Shown piece after piece: positions 10,321 to 18,600 of a stretch of DNA of 64,000 bases. The translations under genes and the position numbers were made by a program. Within the stretch, counting starts at the first letter, position 1. Every line of letters starts with the position of its first letter. The stretch comes from an uncultured Pseudomonadota bacterium (GTDB lineage: Bacteria > Pseudomonadota > Alphaproteobacteria > UBA9219), in the NCBI GenBank assembly GCA_903824505.1, contig CAIJXG010000045.1, positions 756 through 64,755 of the forward strand, in the 5' to 3' direction. Under the pieces are notes generated by a model, which did not search any database, had not been told where the DNA came from, and saw nothing but the letters and a program-made list of their open reading frames with translations.

Positions 10321-10485
10321 AGCCCTGCGTCACCTAAAAAGGAAGGAGAGGACGCTGAGATTTTTTGACGAGACAAAAACGAAAATCGCACCCCTGTATT
10401 GGACATACAGGCAAGGTTTTTGATTTTGTCCCGGCGAAAAATCTCAGCGTCCTCTCCTTCCTTTTTAGGTGACGCAGGGCTCTAG
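10315..10485. repeat. Nested palindromic element family B (~170 bp) between convergent sdhB and lexA. Probable bidirectional terminator.
   Basis: Perfect ~50-bp arms ctagagccctgcgtcacctaaaaaggaaggagaggacgctgagatttttt / reverse complement, with an inner hairpin cctgtattggacatacagg. The sdhB stop (10318-10320) and the lexA stop (10482-10484) both lie inside the arms. A second copy is at 53561..53721. Confidence 0.9.
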
Positions 10486-11144
10486 TACCGCCGCATCAAG
10501 GCGACGAGTCGGCCTTGCACCTTCACGCGCGAGGCGGGGAGGCGGCGGGTCTCATAGGCTTCATTAGCGGGTTTCAGAAGAATAGATGCCCCGTCTTTTT
10601 TCAGATATTTCAGTGTCACTTCCTGCTCGTCAATCAGGGCGACAACAATCGCCCCTGTCTCGGCCGTATCGCAAGACTGGATAATGACAGTATCCCCATG
10701 CCTAATCCCGGCCTCGATCATGGAATCGCCTGAAACTTCAAGCGCGTAGTGGGAAGTTGAGGTCTGTTTTCCCACCGATGAGGCTAACAAAGAAGCTGGA
10801 ATTTCAAGGTTTGACTGCGGATTGCGGAGCGCTTCAATAGGCGTGCCCGCCGCGATACGCCCGTAAAGAGGCAGAGTCTGAACGGCGGCGTTCTCCGGCT
10901 GCGGCACAGACGCGTCAGCCCCCCCCTCCTCTGTCGGAAGACGCAGAATTTCAAGAGCGCGGGCGCGATGGGGCAAACGGCGGATAAAACCACGCTCCTC
11001 AAGCCCTGTAATCAGGCGATGAATGCCGGATTTCGACTTGAGGCCCAGCGCCTGCCTCATCTCATCAAAAGAGGGCGAGATTCCGCCTTCCTCCAAATGG
11101 GTGCGGATAAGATTGAGCAGTTCTTTTTGCTTGCGGGTCAGCAT
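10482..11144 (-). CDS. lexA: LexA repressor
   Basis: N-terminal winged HTH ([28 protein letters not shown]) and C-terminal S24 peptidase region ([17 protein letters not shown]...); 220 aa. Confidence 0.93.
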   Translation of the reverse strand: MLTRKQKELLNLIRTHLEEGGISPSFDEMRQALGLKSKSGIHRLITGLEERGFIRRLPHRARALEILRLPTEEGGADASVPQPENAAVQTLPLYGRIAAGTPIEALRNPQSNLEIPASLLASSVGKQTSTSHYALEVSGDSMIEAGIRHGDTVIIQSCDTAETGAIVVALIDEQEVTLKYLKKDGASILLKPANEAYETRRLPASRVKVQGRLVALMRRY

Positions 11145-11181
11145 GGAACGATCACGGAAAGGATGAGAACAAAACAGGAAT

Positions 11182-11196
11182 GTTCTACTTTAGTTC
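11182..11196 (-). promoter_or_regulatory. LexA operator (alphaproteobacterial SOS box GTTC-N7-GTTC) upstream of lexA
   Basis: GTTCtactttaGTTC lies 38-52 bp upstream of the lexA start. An imperfect second half-site, GAACaaaacagGAAT, sits just 5' of it. Confidence 0.7.
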
Positions 11197-11215
11197 CCGC
11201 GTGACGTCAAGGGTG

Positions 11216-11746
11216 TTAAACTTTCTCGACCTGCGTATATTCAAGCTCAACCGGTGTGGCGCGACCGAAGATCGACACGGCAACCTTCAGGCGAGCCTTG
11301 CCTTCATCGACCTCTTCAACCGTGCCGATAAAGGTCGCAAAAGGCCCTTCGGCCACGCGTACCTGCTCGCCCACTTCAAAGAGAATGGAAGGCTTGGGAT
11401 GCTCGACACCCTCGATAACCTGATTGAGGATTCGCTGCGCTTCCGAGTCGCTGATAGGAGACGGACGTCCGCCACCGCCTAGAAAACCTGTCACCTTGGG
11501 CGTGTTTTTGACCAGATGCCAGCTTTCGTCCGTCAGCTCCATCTTGATCAGCACATAGCCCGGGAAGAATTTACGCTCGGCATTGACCTTTGCGCCGCGC
11601 CGCATTTCGACGACTTCTTCGGTCGGGACAAGGATTTCAGAAAAACGATCCTCGACCCCTTTTTTAAGAGCGGTTTCGCGTACGGTTTGCGCGACCTTCT
11701 TTTCGAAGCCCGAATGAACGTGAATGACATACCAGCGATGCGCCAT
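11216..11746 (-). CDS. nusG: Transcription termination/antitermination factor NusG
   Basis: WYVIHVHSGFEKKV..., KOW motif GPFATFIGTVEEVD; 176 aa; follows secE. Confidence 0.93.
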   Translation of the reverse strand: MAHRWYVIHVHSGFEKKVAQTVRETALKKGVEDRFSEILVPTEEVVEMRRGAKVNAERKFFPGYVLIKMELTDESWHLVKNTPKVTGFLGGGGRPSPISDSEAQRILNQVIEGVEHPKPSILFEVGEQVRVAEGPFATFIGTVEEVDEGKARLKVAVSIFGRATPVELEYTQVEKV

Positions 11747-11761
11747 GACAGCCCCTTTTCC

Positions 11762-11974
11762 TTACATGCCTAGAATTTTTGAAACGATAAAGCCCAAAAC
11801 CTGATCCACCATCAGGAAGAACAGGCCGAAGACAAGCGCAAAAACGACGATCAACGTCGTCGTCGTGGTAATTTCCCGCCGCGAAGGCCATGTGATCTTG
11901 GCGATTTCCCGCCGCGTTTCGATCCAAAACGCGCCAAGTTTTTTGCCTGCCACGAGGCTCTGCTCTTCCGCCAT
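11762..11974 (-). CDS. secE: Preprotein translocase subunit SecE
   Basis: 70 aa, single C-terminal TM helix, FWIETRREIAKITWPSR motif, conserved position between tRNA-Trp and nusG. Confidence 0.85.
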   Translation of the reverse strand: MAEEQSLVAGKKLGAFWIETRREIAKITWPSRREITTTTTLIVVFALVFGLFFLMVDQVLGFIVSKILGM

Positions 11975-11996
11975 TCTTAACCCTTCCCGAACGTAT

Positions 11997-12072
11997 TGGC
12001 AGGAGTGGAGGGTCTCGAACCCCCAGCCTTCGGTTTTGGAGACCGACGCTCTACCAATTGAGCTACACTCCT
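11997..12072 (-). tRNA. tRNA-Trp (anticodon CCA)
   Basis: Reverse complement aggagtgtagctcaattggtagagcgtcggtctCCAaaaccgaaggctgggggttcgagaccctccactcctgcca; 7-bp acceptor stem, T-loop gttcgag, CCA end encoded. Confidence 0.9.
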
Positions 12073-12225
12073 AAACTTTTCCTGACCTGCTCAAACTCCC
12101 CCACCCGCCGCTTGCGCGTCGGGTTAAGCATTCTACTTTCTGGGGGATAGGGCTTTCTAGCCAAAAAGAGCGCGGGCGGCAACTAAAAAAATTGGGGGTT
12201 AGCGCATTGATTTATCCTGCAAAGG

Positions 12226-12296
12226 ATACTTGGGCCCCTTCGGAACCCCTTAAGTTTCATCCGCGCAAAAGACGCATCAGCTTCGCCGCGTCCGTT
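12226..12296. repeat. MITE-like repeat family A, partial copy
   Basis: cttgggccccttcggaaccccttaagtttcatccgcgcaaaagacgcatcagcttcgccgcgtccg. Confidence 0.8.
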
Positions 12297-12351
12297 GTTG
12301 GTCTTAGCCTTACTGAAAACGCTCTGACTCCGCAGGAGTCCTGTCTATAAA

Positions 12352-12361
12352 GGGGGGGGGG
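12352..12361 (+). repeat. Homopolymeric G10 tract in the 5' region of the acyltransferase gene
   Basis: tataaaGGGGGGGGGGccgtacaatgcgg; ends 25 bp before the ATG at 12386. Confidence 0.9.
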
Positions 12362-12385
12362 CCGTACAATGCGGAAGGTTTAACA

Positions 12386-14212
12386 ATGGAGTATAGACGT
12401 GAGATTGATGGGCTGCGCGCGCTGGCGGTCGTCCCCGTCCTTTTATTTCACGCGGGGTTTAAAACCCTAAGCGGGGGTTTTGTAGGCGTGGACATTTTCT
12501 TTGTCATCAGCGGCTATCTGATTACAAGCATTCTGTTAGCCGATCTTGAGCAGGGGCGTTTCTCAATCGGCAGATTTTATGAAAGACGCGCGCGCCGCAT
12601 TCTGCCTGCCCTTTATCTGGTCATGCTCGTTTGCCTGCCCTTCGCCTATGCATGGATGATGCCCGATGAATTTAAGAATTTTGGGCAGTCTCTTTCGGCA
12701 ACGGCCCTCTTTTCCAACAATCTGCTTCTTTCCCTTACCAGCGGCTATTGGGAGCTCGCCAGCGCCTTCAAACCCCTTCTTCATACATGGAGTCTGGGCG
12801 TTGAGGAGCAATATTACCTTCTTTTTCCCTTTGTGATGCTTCTTATCCTTTGGTTTTTTGGCCCCTTCTATCTGCAGCATTCTCGCAAGGGAAAACTCTT
12901 CGCTGTTCTTGGCTTTTTCATGATCTTAAGCCTCATGGTCTCGGGTCAATTTATTCACAAAAAACCCGATCTTGTTTTTTATATTCTTCCGACACGCGCT
13001 TGGGAGATTTTATCAGGCGCCTTAGCCGCTGTGTTTCTTTTCAAAAAGTCCTGTCCTGTTCATCGGGTCGTTGTGAATCAATACGCCAGTCTTGGGGGTC
13101 TCGCGCTGATCTGTCTTTCTATTTTTCTTTTCGATGCGCGCTATCCCTCGCCGGGATACGACACGCTTATCCCCGTTCTGGGCACCCTTCTTGTGATTCT
13201 TTTTGCTGGGCCTAGGACGCAGGCCGCGCGGTTTCTGGGGTCTCCGTTCATGGTTTCCACGGGCTTGATGAGCTACAGCCTCTATCTCTGGCATCAGCCC
13301 CTTTTGTCCTTTGCGCGCGTTTATTGCGTCACGCCGCCGACCCCTCTTTTTTGCGCCGCGCTCCTTTTGCTCAGCGTCCCTTTGGCCTATCTGTCTTGGC
13401 GCTTTGTCGAAACGCCGTTTCGTGATGGGCGGAGGATCAAGACGAAGACTTTTGTGATCCTTGCCGTGTGTTTTTCTCTCTTCTTTGTCAGCGCAGGACT
13501 CTATCTCAACAAAAGTTATGGCATGCCCACGCGCATGGATGATCCCAGCTTAACGAGTCAGGATCTTGATAAGCGCCTTTATAATGAGAGAGTTTTTGCC
13601 CTGAAACGCGATGCCTTTTCCTCTGATCCAACGCTCAAGCTGTTGGTCATTGGCGATAGCTTCGGCAGAGACTTCGTGAATATGACGCGTGAGACCTTTG
13701 ACACCACACGGCTTGAAATTATTTATCGCGATGATCTGTCCGATTGCATATACCCTTATAAAAGCCCTTTAGAAGAACGTCTTTTTGACTCGGCGCAGGT
13801 GATTGTTTTTGCAAGCGGCTTCCAAGAAGCCTGTCTTGCGCCGGATATTGCATGGGCCACCCATCGAGGAAAGGATATTTTTTATGTCGGCCTTAAACAA
13901 TTCGGATACAATCTGAACTGGTTGATCCGCTTGGATCCGGCCCTGCGGAAGAACCAATATAATCCTTTGTTGGCAGATACGATCAAGCAGGAGGCCTATA
14001 GGACGCGGACGATTCCCCCCGCCCATTTCATCTCTCTTCTAGGGCCGATTACCCGCAACAACGCCATTCCCGTAACCGATGAGGCCGGGCATATTCTAAG
14101 CATGGATCGGATGCATGTGACAAAATACGGCGCTCAATTTTTGGGCGCGCGCGCTCTTTTGCCTAGCCTTTATGGCAAGACTCTGTTGAAATATATTCAG
14201 GATCAGCCTTAA
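12386..14212 (+). CDS. OafA/YrhL-type acyltransferase-3 family protein with C-terminal SGNH-like domain (O-acetyltransferase)
   Basis: EIDGLRALAVVPVLLFHAGF...GVDIFFVISGYLIT...RRILPALY is the acyltransferase-3 signature. It has multiple TM segments and a ~250-aa C-terminal soluble domain; 608 aa. Confidence 0.85.
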   Translation: MEYRREIDGLRALAVVPVLLFHAGFKTLSGGFVGVDIFFVISGYLITSILLADLEQGRFSIGRFYERRARRILPALYLVMLVCLPFAYAWMMPDEFKNFGQSLSATALFSNNLLLSLTSGYWELASAFKPLLHTWSLGVEEQYYLLFPFVMLLILWFFGPFYLQHSRKGKLFAVLGFFMILSLMVSGQFIHKKPDLVFYILPTRAWEILSGALAAVFLFKKSCPVHRVVVNQYASLGGLALICLSIFLFDARYPSPGYDTLIPVLGTLLVILFAGPRTQAARFLGSPFMVSTGLMSYSLYLWHQPLLSFARVYCVTPPTPLFCAALLLLSVPLAYLSWRFVETPFRDGRRIKTKTFVILAVCFSLFFVSAGLYLNKSYGMPTRMDDPSLTSQDLDKRLYNERVFALKRDAFSSDPTLKLLVIGDSFGRDFVNMTRETFDTTRLEIIYRDDLSDCIYPYKSPLEERLFDSAQVIVFASGFQEACLAPDIAWATHRGKDIFYVGLKQFGYNLNWLIRLDPALRKNQYNPLLADTIKQEAYRTRTIPPAHFISLLGPITRNNAIPVTDEAGHILSMDRMHVTKYGAQFLGARALLPSLYGKTLLKYIQDQP

Positions 14213-14408
14213 TATCGACGGTTTCTTTTTGTCTCCTTTGTTCTTGTTGTTTCCTGTCGTTGCGCCCTCGTTGGCCGAGGGAAAGCCGCGCGGCTCCCGT
14301 CTTCTTCCGGAAAGCCTCTTCACAGAAAACCACCTGAGGATCTGGGCCTGTCAAGCTTCCAGCCTCCTGGGTAGTGGGTCAGTTTGAATCTTAACTGAGA
14401 GGCGATAA

Positions 14409-15545
14409 TTAACCTTTGTCTAAAAGAAACAAAAACTCTCTATTCTGCTCTTGTGCGTCACGAAGCCATTCATTAGTCCAGGTCATTCCTGCCATCACAT
14501 TGCGCTTATAGTCTAGCTCGATAACCTCGATAAGCTCCCCTGCATCCCTCATGGCTTCATTTAGTTCTCTAGCTGTTGCCCTTCCACCAGAACTGTATGA
14601 TAGAATTATATATTGGGTTGGGGTGTCCTTGATAAGTTTGTGGATTGCTTCGACAGCTATAAAGTTGCCATCATCATTACGGCGAAACTCTTCAAATATA
14701 GAAGCCGCCACATCATCTCTAGTATCGACTCGTCGATTTACCTTGCCAAAAACTTCGGGTTTGTCGTTCAGGCAAACCGTCGTCCATACATGGTAATAGG
14801 CCGAATAGCGAACGCGAGATGGGGGCATTTTTTCATTATTAGAACCATACGGTGGGTCATAGTAAGCTAGATCGGCCTTAATGCCCAGTGCAATATCAAA
14901 TACATCGCCATTGGTGACTTCATGCACATCCTCACAATCAATAATGTCAGGAACCTGTAGGCGCATGTGTTTAAATGAGCGGGGTGACCAGTCCCGCAGA
15001 TATGAAGAAAAATGCCCTAGCGTGCTGTCAACTTGATCAAGTGCCATCATAAGACTGGTCAAGGCGACAGCTTTTTCGTTAACATCGAGTCCAAGACGAT
15101 CTATTTCTTCCCGTATTCCATCAAGTTTTCGCGTGTTATGAATTTGCCACGGCATTTTTATCGGATTTTCCATGTCAATCGAGGAAGGGTCGCCGCCATA
15201 GTGTTGTGTGAACCACCCATCTCGAGGCTTACATGCGTTCAAATCATCAATGAGTTTCTGATATTTAGTTTTTGAACCTGCCTTTAAATAACAACGCCCT
15301 AATACCTCTGACCAGACAGCGCGGTCATTACAAATTACCTTGTACCCATATCGGGCGAGTGCCTGCGAAACTCTGGTAGAACCAGCGAAGCCATCGAAGA
15401 TAACTTTCGCATCAGTTTTTCCTGCCAACCATAAAATCTGGGGCAGCAATTTTAGTTTTGATCCAGCATACTTGATGCCCTCCGTAGGTGGGGGCACGGG
15501 GTAGCTTGTAGTAAAAAGCTCTTTTTGTAGAGCCAGATGATTCAT
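14409..15545 (-). CDS. Dam-family (D12 class) N6-adenine DNA methyltransferase
   Basis: N-terminal IKYAGSKLKLLPQILWL (Dam-like xxAGGK motif), FDGFAGSTRV (AdoMet motif I) and DPPYG catalytic motif IV; 378 aa. Confidence 0.8.
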   Translation of the reverse strand: MNHLALQKELFTTSYPVPPPTEGIKYAGSKLKLLPQILWLAGKTDAKVIFDGFAGSTRVSQALARYGYKVICNDRAVWSEVLGRCYLKAGSKTKYQKLIDDLNACKPRDGWFTQHYGGDPSSIDMENPIKMPWQIHNTRKLDGIREEIDRLGLDVNEKAVALTSLMMALDQVDSTLGHFSSYLRDWSPRSFKHMRLQVPDIIDCEDVHEVTNGDVFDIALGIKADLAYYDPPYGSNNEKMPPSRVRYSAYYHVWTTVCLNDKPEVFGKVNRRVDTRDDVAASIFEEFRRNDDGNFIAVEAIHKLIKDTPTQYIILSYSSGGRATARELNEAMRDAGELIEVIELDYKRNVMAGMTWTNEWLRDAQEQNREFLFLLDKG

Positions 15546-16420
15546 AATTGGTTGCTTTCTTTTAACTGCTGAATATCTTTTTTAATTTCAATGAGTGCCC
15601 TGTCATGTCCGGCACTTGATGAAACAAGAGCATGAGAAAACAACTGCACCAGTATCTTGTTGTGGGAATAATCGACCCATCCACTAGTGATGCTGTCGAA
15701 ATGCTTTAATGCGTTGCGAGTATGTGTCCATAAGCCACGTTGTAGGGCGTTTGCTGCGGCATCCCCATATCTAACTTCGCAAATATAATCATTGTTACTA
15801 TCATAGAATCGAAAAACAGGATGCTTTCTTCCGCTGCCTTCATGGGCACGCTCTATCTTTGCTGTCTGGGTACGAGCCGCTTCATAATCGAAAACCAAAA
15901 TGTTACATCTTTGTTTTTTCTCATCGTATATGAGAGGCAATACATTAATCTGCAAGAACACAGCAAACGCAGGGTCAGAAAAAATTGCATCAATTCTCTC
16001 GCGTCCCTCGATGATGTGATCAATCTCTTTCATCAATCTGGGATACATCAACGTATTTTTATCGGTTGATAATTGAAGGGGGCCGTCACCATACGCCTTT
16101 AAGCTAACTGGAAATTGGGCTTTAGTGATTTCGTTGGTAATAGTGATGTCTTCTTCTCTCGACTTTGCTCGATATAAGTCTTTGCCCACATGGAGTGACT
16201 TAAAGTCATACATGTATTGGTTGATAAATTCAGCTATTGCAATCTCAGCCAAATCACCATGAGTTTTATTTCCTATGAGGCGCATCGTGAAAATGTTGCT
16301 CAGTGTCGTTGTTATTAATGCAGGATGTTTGCTTATAAACAGCTTCAACCTGTTGGTAAAATCTTTATACGGGTTTTGATCGGTCATTGTTGATCTGTTT
16401 CGTGTGATGTTAAACGGCAT
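15542..16420 (-). CDS. Putative type II restriction endonuclease (cognate partner of the Dam-family methyltransferase)
   Basis: 292-aa ORF whose stop overlaps the MTase start by 4 nt. No MTase motifs. Possible PD-(D/E)xK-like region (...SDPAF...IYDEKK...). The call rests on context. Confidence 0.45.
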   Translation of the reverse strand: MPFNITRNRSTMTDQNPYKDFTNRLKLFISKHPALITTTLSNIFTMRLIGNKTHGDLAEIAIAEFINQYMYDFKSLHVGKDLYRAKSREEDITITNEITKAQFPVSLKAYGDGPLQLSTDKNTLMYPRLMKEIDHIIEGRERIDAIFSDPAFAVFLQINVLPLIYDEKKQRCNILVFDYEAARTQTAKIERAHEGSGRKHPVFRFYDSNNDYICEVRYGDAAANALQRGLWTHTRNALKHFDSITSGWVDYSHNKILVQLFSHALVSSSAGHDRALIEIKKDIQQLKESNQL

Positions 16421-16423
16421 TTT

Positions 16424-17269
16424 TCAGCCAACCATTTTGTTAGCCTCCCACTCATCAGTGATTCGCACAATATCTTCGATAGAGAATAGCGTTTCACTCA
16501 CACCCGCCGCTATTGCAGGGCTTACCCGCAAAGTCTGGTGAATACGCACAAAATTATAGTGCATGAAGTAAATCGCCAGCGCGTAGTAATGGTTTTCAAT
16601 CTTTTTTGAAAACGCATTGGTTAGGCGCGTAAAGCGGCGGTTGCCCATACGGATATTTAGGTTCTGGCGTTCAACATAGCTTGTCGAAACGTGTTTTCCG
16701 TCGGGATTGCCTCTTATTACCTCCTTGCGAGAAGCAACGTATTCCGCAGGGCTATAACGCTTCTCGCCAGAAAAATCTGCGCCGTATATTTTTACAAGTT
16801 GGGCAAAATCAATATCATTCCCGAAAGCACCCTCTACAGCTTCAACATAAGCTTTCAAGCCGTCGCTGGTAAGCTGGACACGATTTGCAAGACGGCTTGC
16901 CAGATCGGATATAAACGCCTTGGCGCATTCGCCGTCGCGTCCACCAAGATAGAATGAAGGAACAAGTTTGGTATCGGCATCAATCGCTGTCCATGTCCAA
17001 ACATCACCAGCTTCGCCAAGCTTTTCCTCTGGCACATTCTTGGCCTTCGCATAAACGAAAGACCAAATTTCATCGACCTGTAAACGCCTGCATGACAGAT
17101 TACGAAAGGCCCCATCCTGATAATCAGCGCAGGCCTTCCCTGCATCAACCAGAAGCTTTGCAATCGTATTTTTGCTTGCTCCGGTTAAGCGGCTGATAGA
17201 ACGAATAGACATACCCTCAACCATCATGCCGAGGATTTGTGCGCGTTGTGTGGTGGAAAGCTTATTCAT
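16424..17269 (-). CDS. DDE transposase (IS1/IS1595-like)
   Basis: N-terminal HTH (QRAQILGMMVEGMSIRSISRLTGASKNTIAKLL), then LQVDEIWSFVYAK...WTWTAIDADTKLV...LTSDGLKAY, typical of IS1/IS1595-type DDE cores. Its stop is 3 nt before the REase start codon. Confidence 0.7.
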   Translation of the reverse strand: MNKLSTTQRAQILGMMVEGMSIRSISRLTGASKNTIAKLLVDAGKACADYQDGAFRNLSCRRLQVDEIWSFVYAKAKNVPEEKLGEAGDVWTWTAIDADTKLVPSFYLGGRDGECAKAFISDLASRLANRVQLTSDGLKAYVEAVEGAFGNDIDFAQLVKIYGADFSGEKRYSPAEYVASRKEVIRGNPDGKHVSTSYVERQNLNIRMGNRRFTRLTNAFSKKIENHYYALAIYFMHYNFVRIHQTLRVSPAIAAGVSETLFSIEDIVRITDEWEANKMVG

Positions 17270-17371
17270 AATGACTCTTATACTTGAGAATGATTATTTT
17301 GTCAATAAGCAAAAGTAGAATAATTGCTATTTTTCCTTTGACTCTTGGTTATTGATTGGGGCATAAGCAAT

Positions 17372-17402
17372 GAACGGTTCAGAAGATGTTTCTGAACCGT
17401 TC
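17372..17402. promoter_or_regulatory. Perfect 13-bp stem / 5-nt loop hairpin in the divergent region between the transposase and HTH genes
   Basis: gaacggttcagaa-gatgt-ttctgaaccgttc. It lies upstream of both divergent genes, so it is not a terminator for either. It may be an operator or an element end. Confidence 0.4.
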
Positions 17403-17565
17403 CAAAACCTAGGGGGTTTTATGTACTTGCTTAGAGAGATATAGTCCTAACCCACGACGCCATGATGCTTTGACCGGCCTTGAGCGTTTAGTGGTACGGA
17501 CGAGAACGGGTTGAAAGACCCGCCCCTTTGTAGGGACATATAAACATATATTGACGGTGTAAGCA

Positions 17566-17988
17566 ATGAAAAACATCCAATCGCCCGTGGGCGAACGTGG
17601 CTTCTCTCTGCTTGATTTAAAAGCAAAAGAAGTAGAGTTAGAGGACGCATTAAAACAAGTAAAAGATGCTATCCAAGTATTTGATAAATTGGAAAAAAGC
17701 GGTATTTTTCCGAAGTATGGCATTGTGGCAGAAACGCCATTATTCGAGCCATTGTATAAACAAGGTGAGTTTGCAGATTTAAGCGTATATGAAGGGGCTG
17801 TTTCACTTCTAATGCAGAAAAAACAATCACTTACAACAGATGAAATTGTTGACGGTCTTATTAATGGGGGCAAAAAAATAGGTGATAATGCTCGCGTAAT
17901 AGTGGCAACTACACTTTATAAGTCGGTAAAAAAGAAGAAAAATTGCAAGATAGCGGTGGCGGGTACCGGAAAGTGGAAACTAGCTTAG
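17566..17988 (+). CDS. Small HTH-like protein (HARE-HTH-like winged helix?)
   Basis: SLTTDEIVDGLINGGKKIGDNARVIVATTLYKSVKKK resembles HARE-type winged-helix segments; 140 aa; AT-rich. Confidence 0.45.
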   Translation: MKNIQSPVGERGFSLLDLKAKEVELEDALKQVKDAIQVFDKLEKSGIFPKYGIVAETPLFEPLYKQGEFADLSVYEGAVSLLMQKKQSLTTDEIVDGLINGGKKIGDNARVIVATTLYKSVKKKKNCKIAVAGTGKWKLA

Positions 17989-18221
17989 GGCTTTTCCCAT
18001 CTAGCTTTAATAGCTTTCTGGGCTATTTCCTTGCGTTTTTTGGATGATAGGGCTGCTGCTCTAGCTTTCCCACCTATCGTGCCACCTTTTTTGCCGCGCT
18101 CGACCGCATCGGGGCTTTTCCCATCCTCAACCTTATCGACGGTCTGCCCCGTGGCTATGTCGCCAATAAGCTTGGCGAGTTGAAGCGGGTCGCGGGGTCT
18201 TTTGATGCGTTTTATTGCCAT
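17985..18221 (-). CDS. Small basic protein with GGKARAxxLSxxxRKEIAQKAxKARW motif (uncharacterised, typical of mobile-element cargo)
   Basis: 78 aa, Lys/Arg/Gly-rich, convergent 4-nt tail overlap with the HTH gene. Confidence 0.4.
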   Translation of the reverse strand: MAIKRIKRPRDPLQLAKLIGDIATGQTVDKVEDGKSPDAVERGKKGGTIGGKARAAALSSKKRKEIAQKAIKARWEKP

Positions 18222-18494
18222 ACTCCTATTATGGCATGGATTGTGAACAGGTCAAAAAATTTCAGATTTCAAACTGACCCACTACCGCCTCCTGAGGTTT
18301 CTGTCGGACGGCATGCCGCCCATTGAAAAAGTCTTTCTCAGCCCGCCAGTTTCCTAGGATAGCGGGAGGAGGTTTGACCCTTCCAACGCTCCTCTTTCAA
18401 GAAGCGTGAGGGATATATAACCTAGTAAAGTGGGAAAGTCAACATGTTTTTTTAAAAAATGTGAAAAATCTTTTTTTGCTTCTTTTTATAAGGA

Positions 18495-18545
18495 CATACT
18501 CGGTTTCCTTGGAAAGCGGAAAGGATATAAGGACTCTTGCGCGAA
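18495..18545. repeat. MITE-like repeat family A, degenerate partial copy
   Basis: catactcggtttccttggaaagcggaaaggat... matches the terminal hairpin of the copy at 28886. Confidence 0.7.
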
Positions 18546-18600
18546 GCCTGCGGATGTTTTTCAATCAGGGTGATCTTTTCTTTAACCCGTCTTTTCCCTT

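Larger units (their letters stand above)
14363..18297. mobile_element. Inverted-repeat-bounded ~3.9-kb mobile unit carrying a transposase–REase–MTase operon plus two small genes
   Basis: Left end cctcctgggtagtgggtcagtttgaatct (14363-14391). Right end agatttcaaactgacccactaccgcctcctgagg (18264-18297), which is the reverse complement apart from small indels. The IR extends to about 14323 on the left and 18305 on the right. The interior is AT-rich relative to the flanks. Confidence 0.6.
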
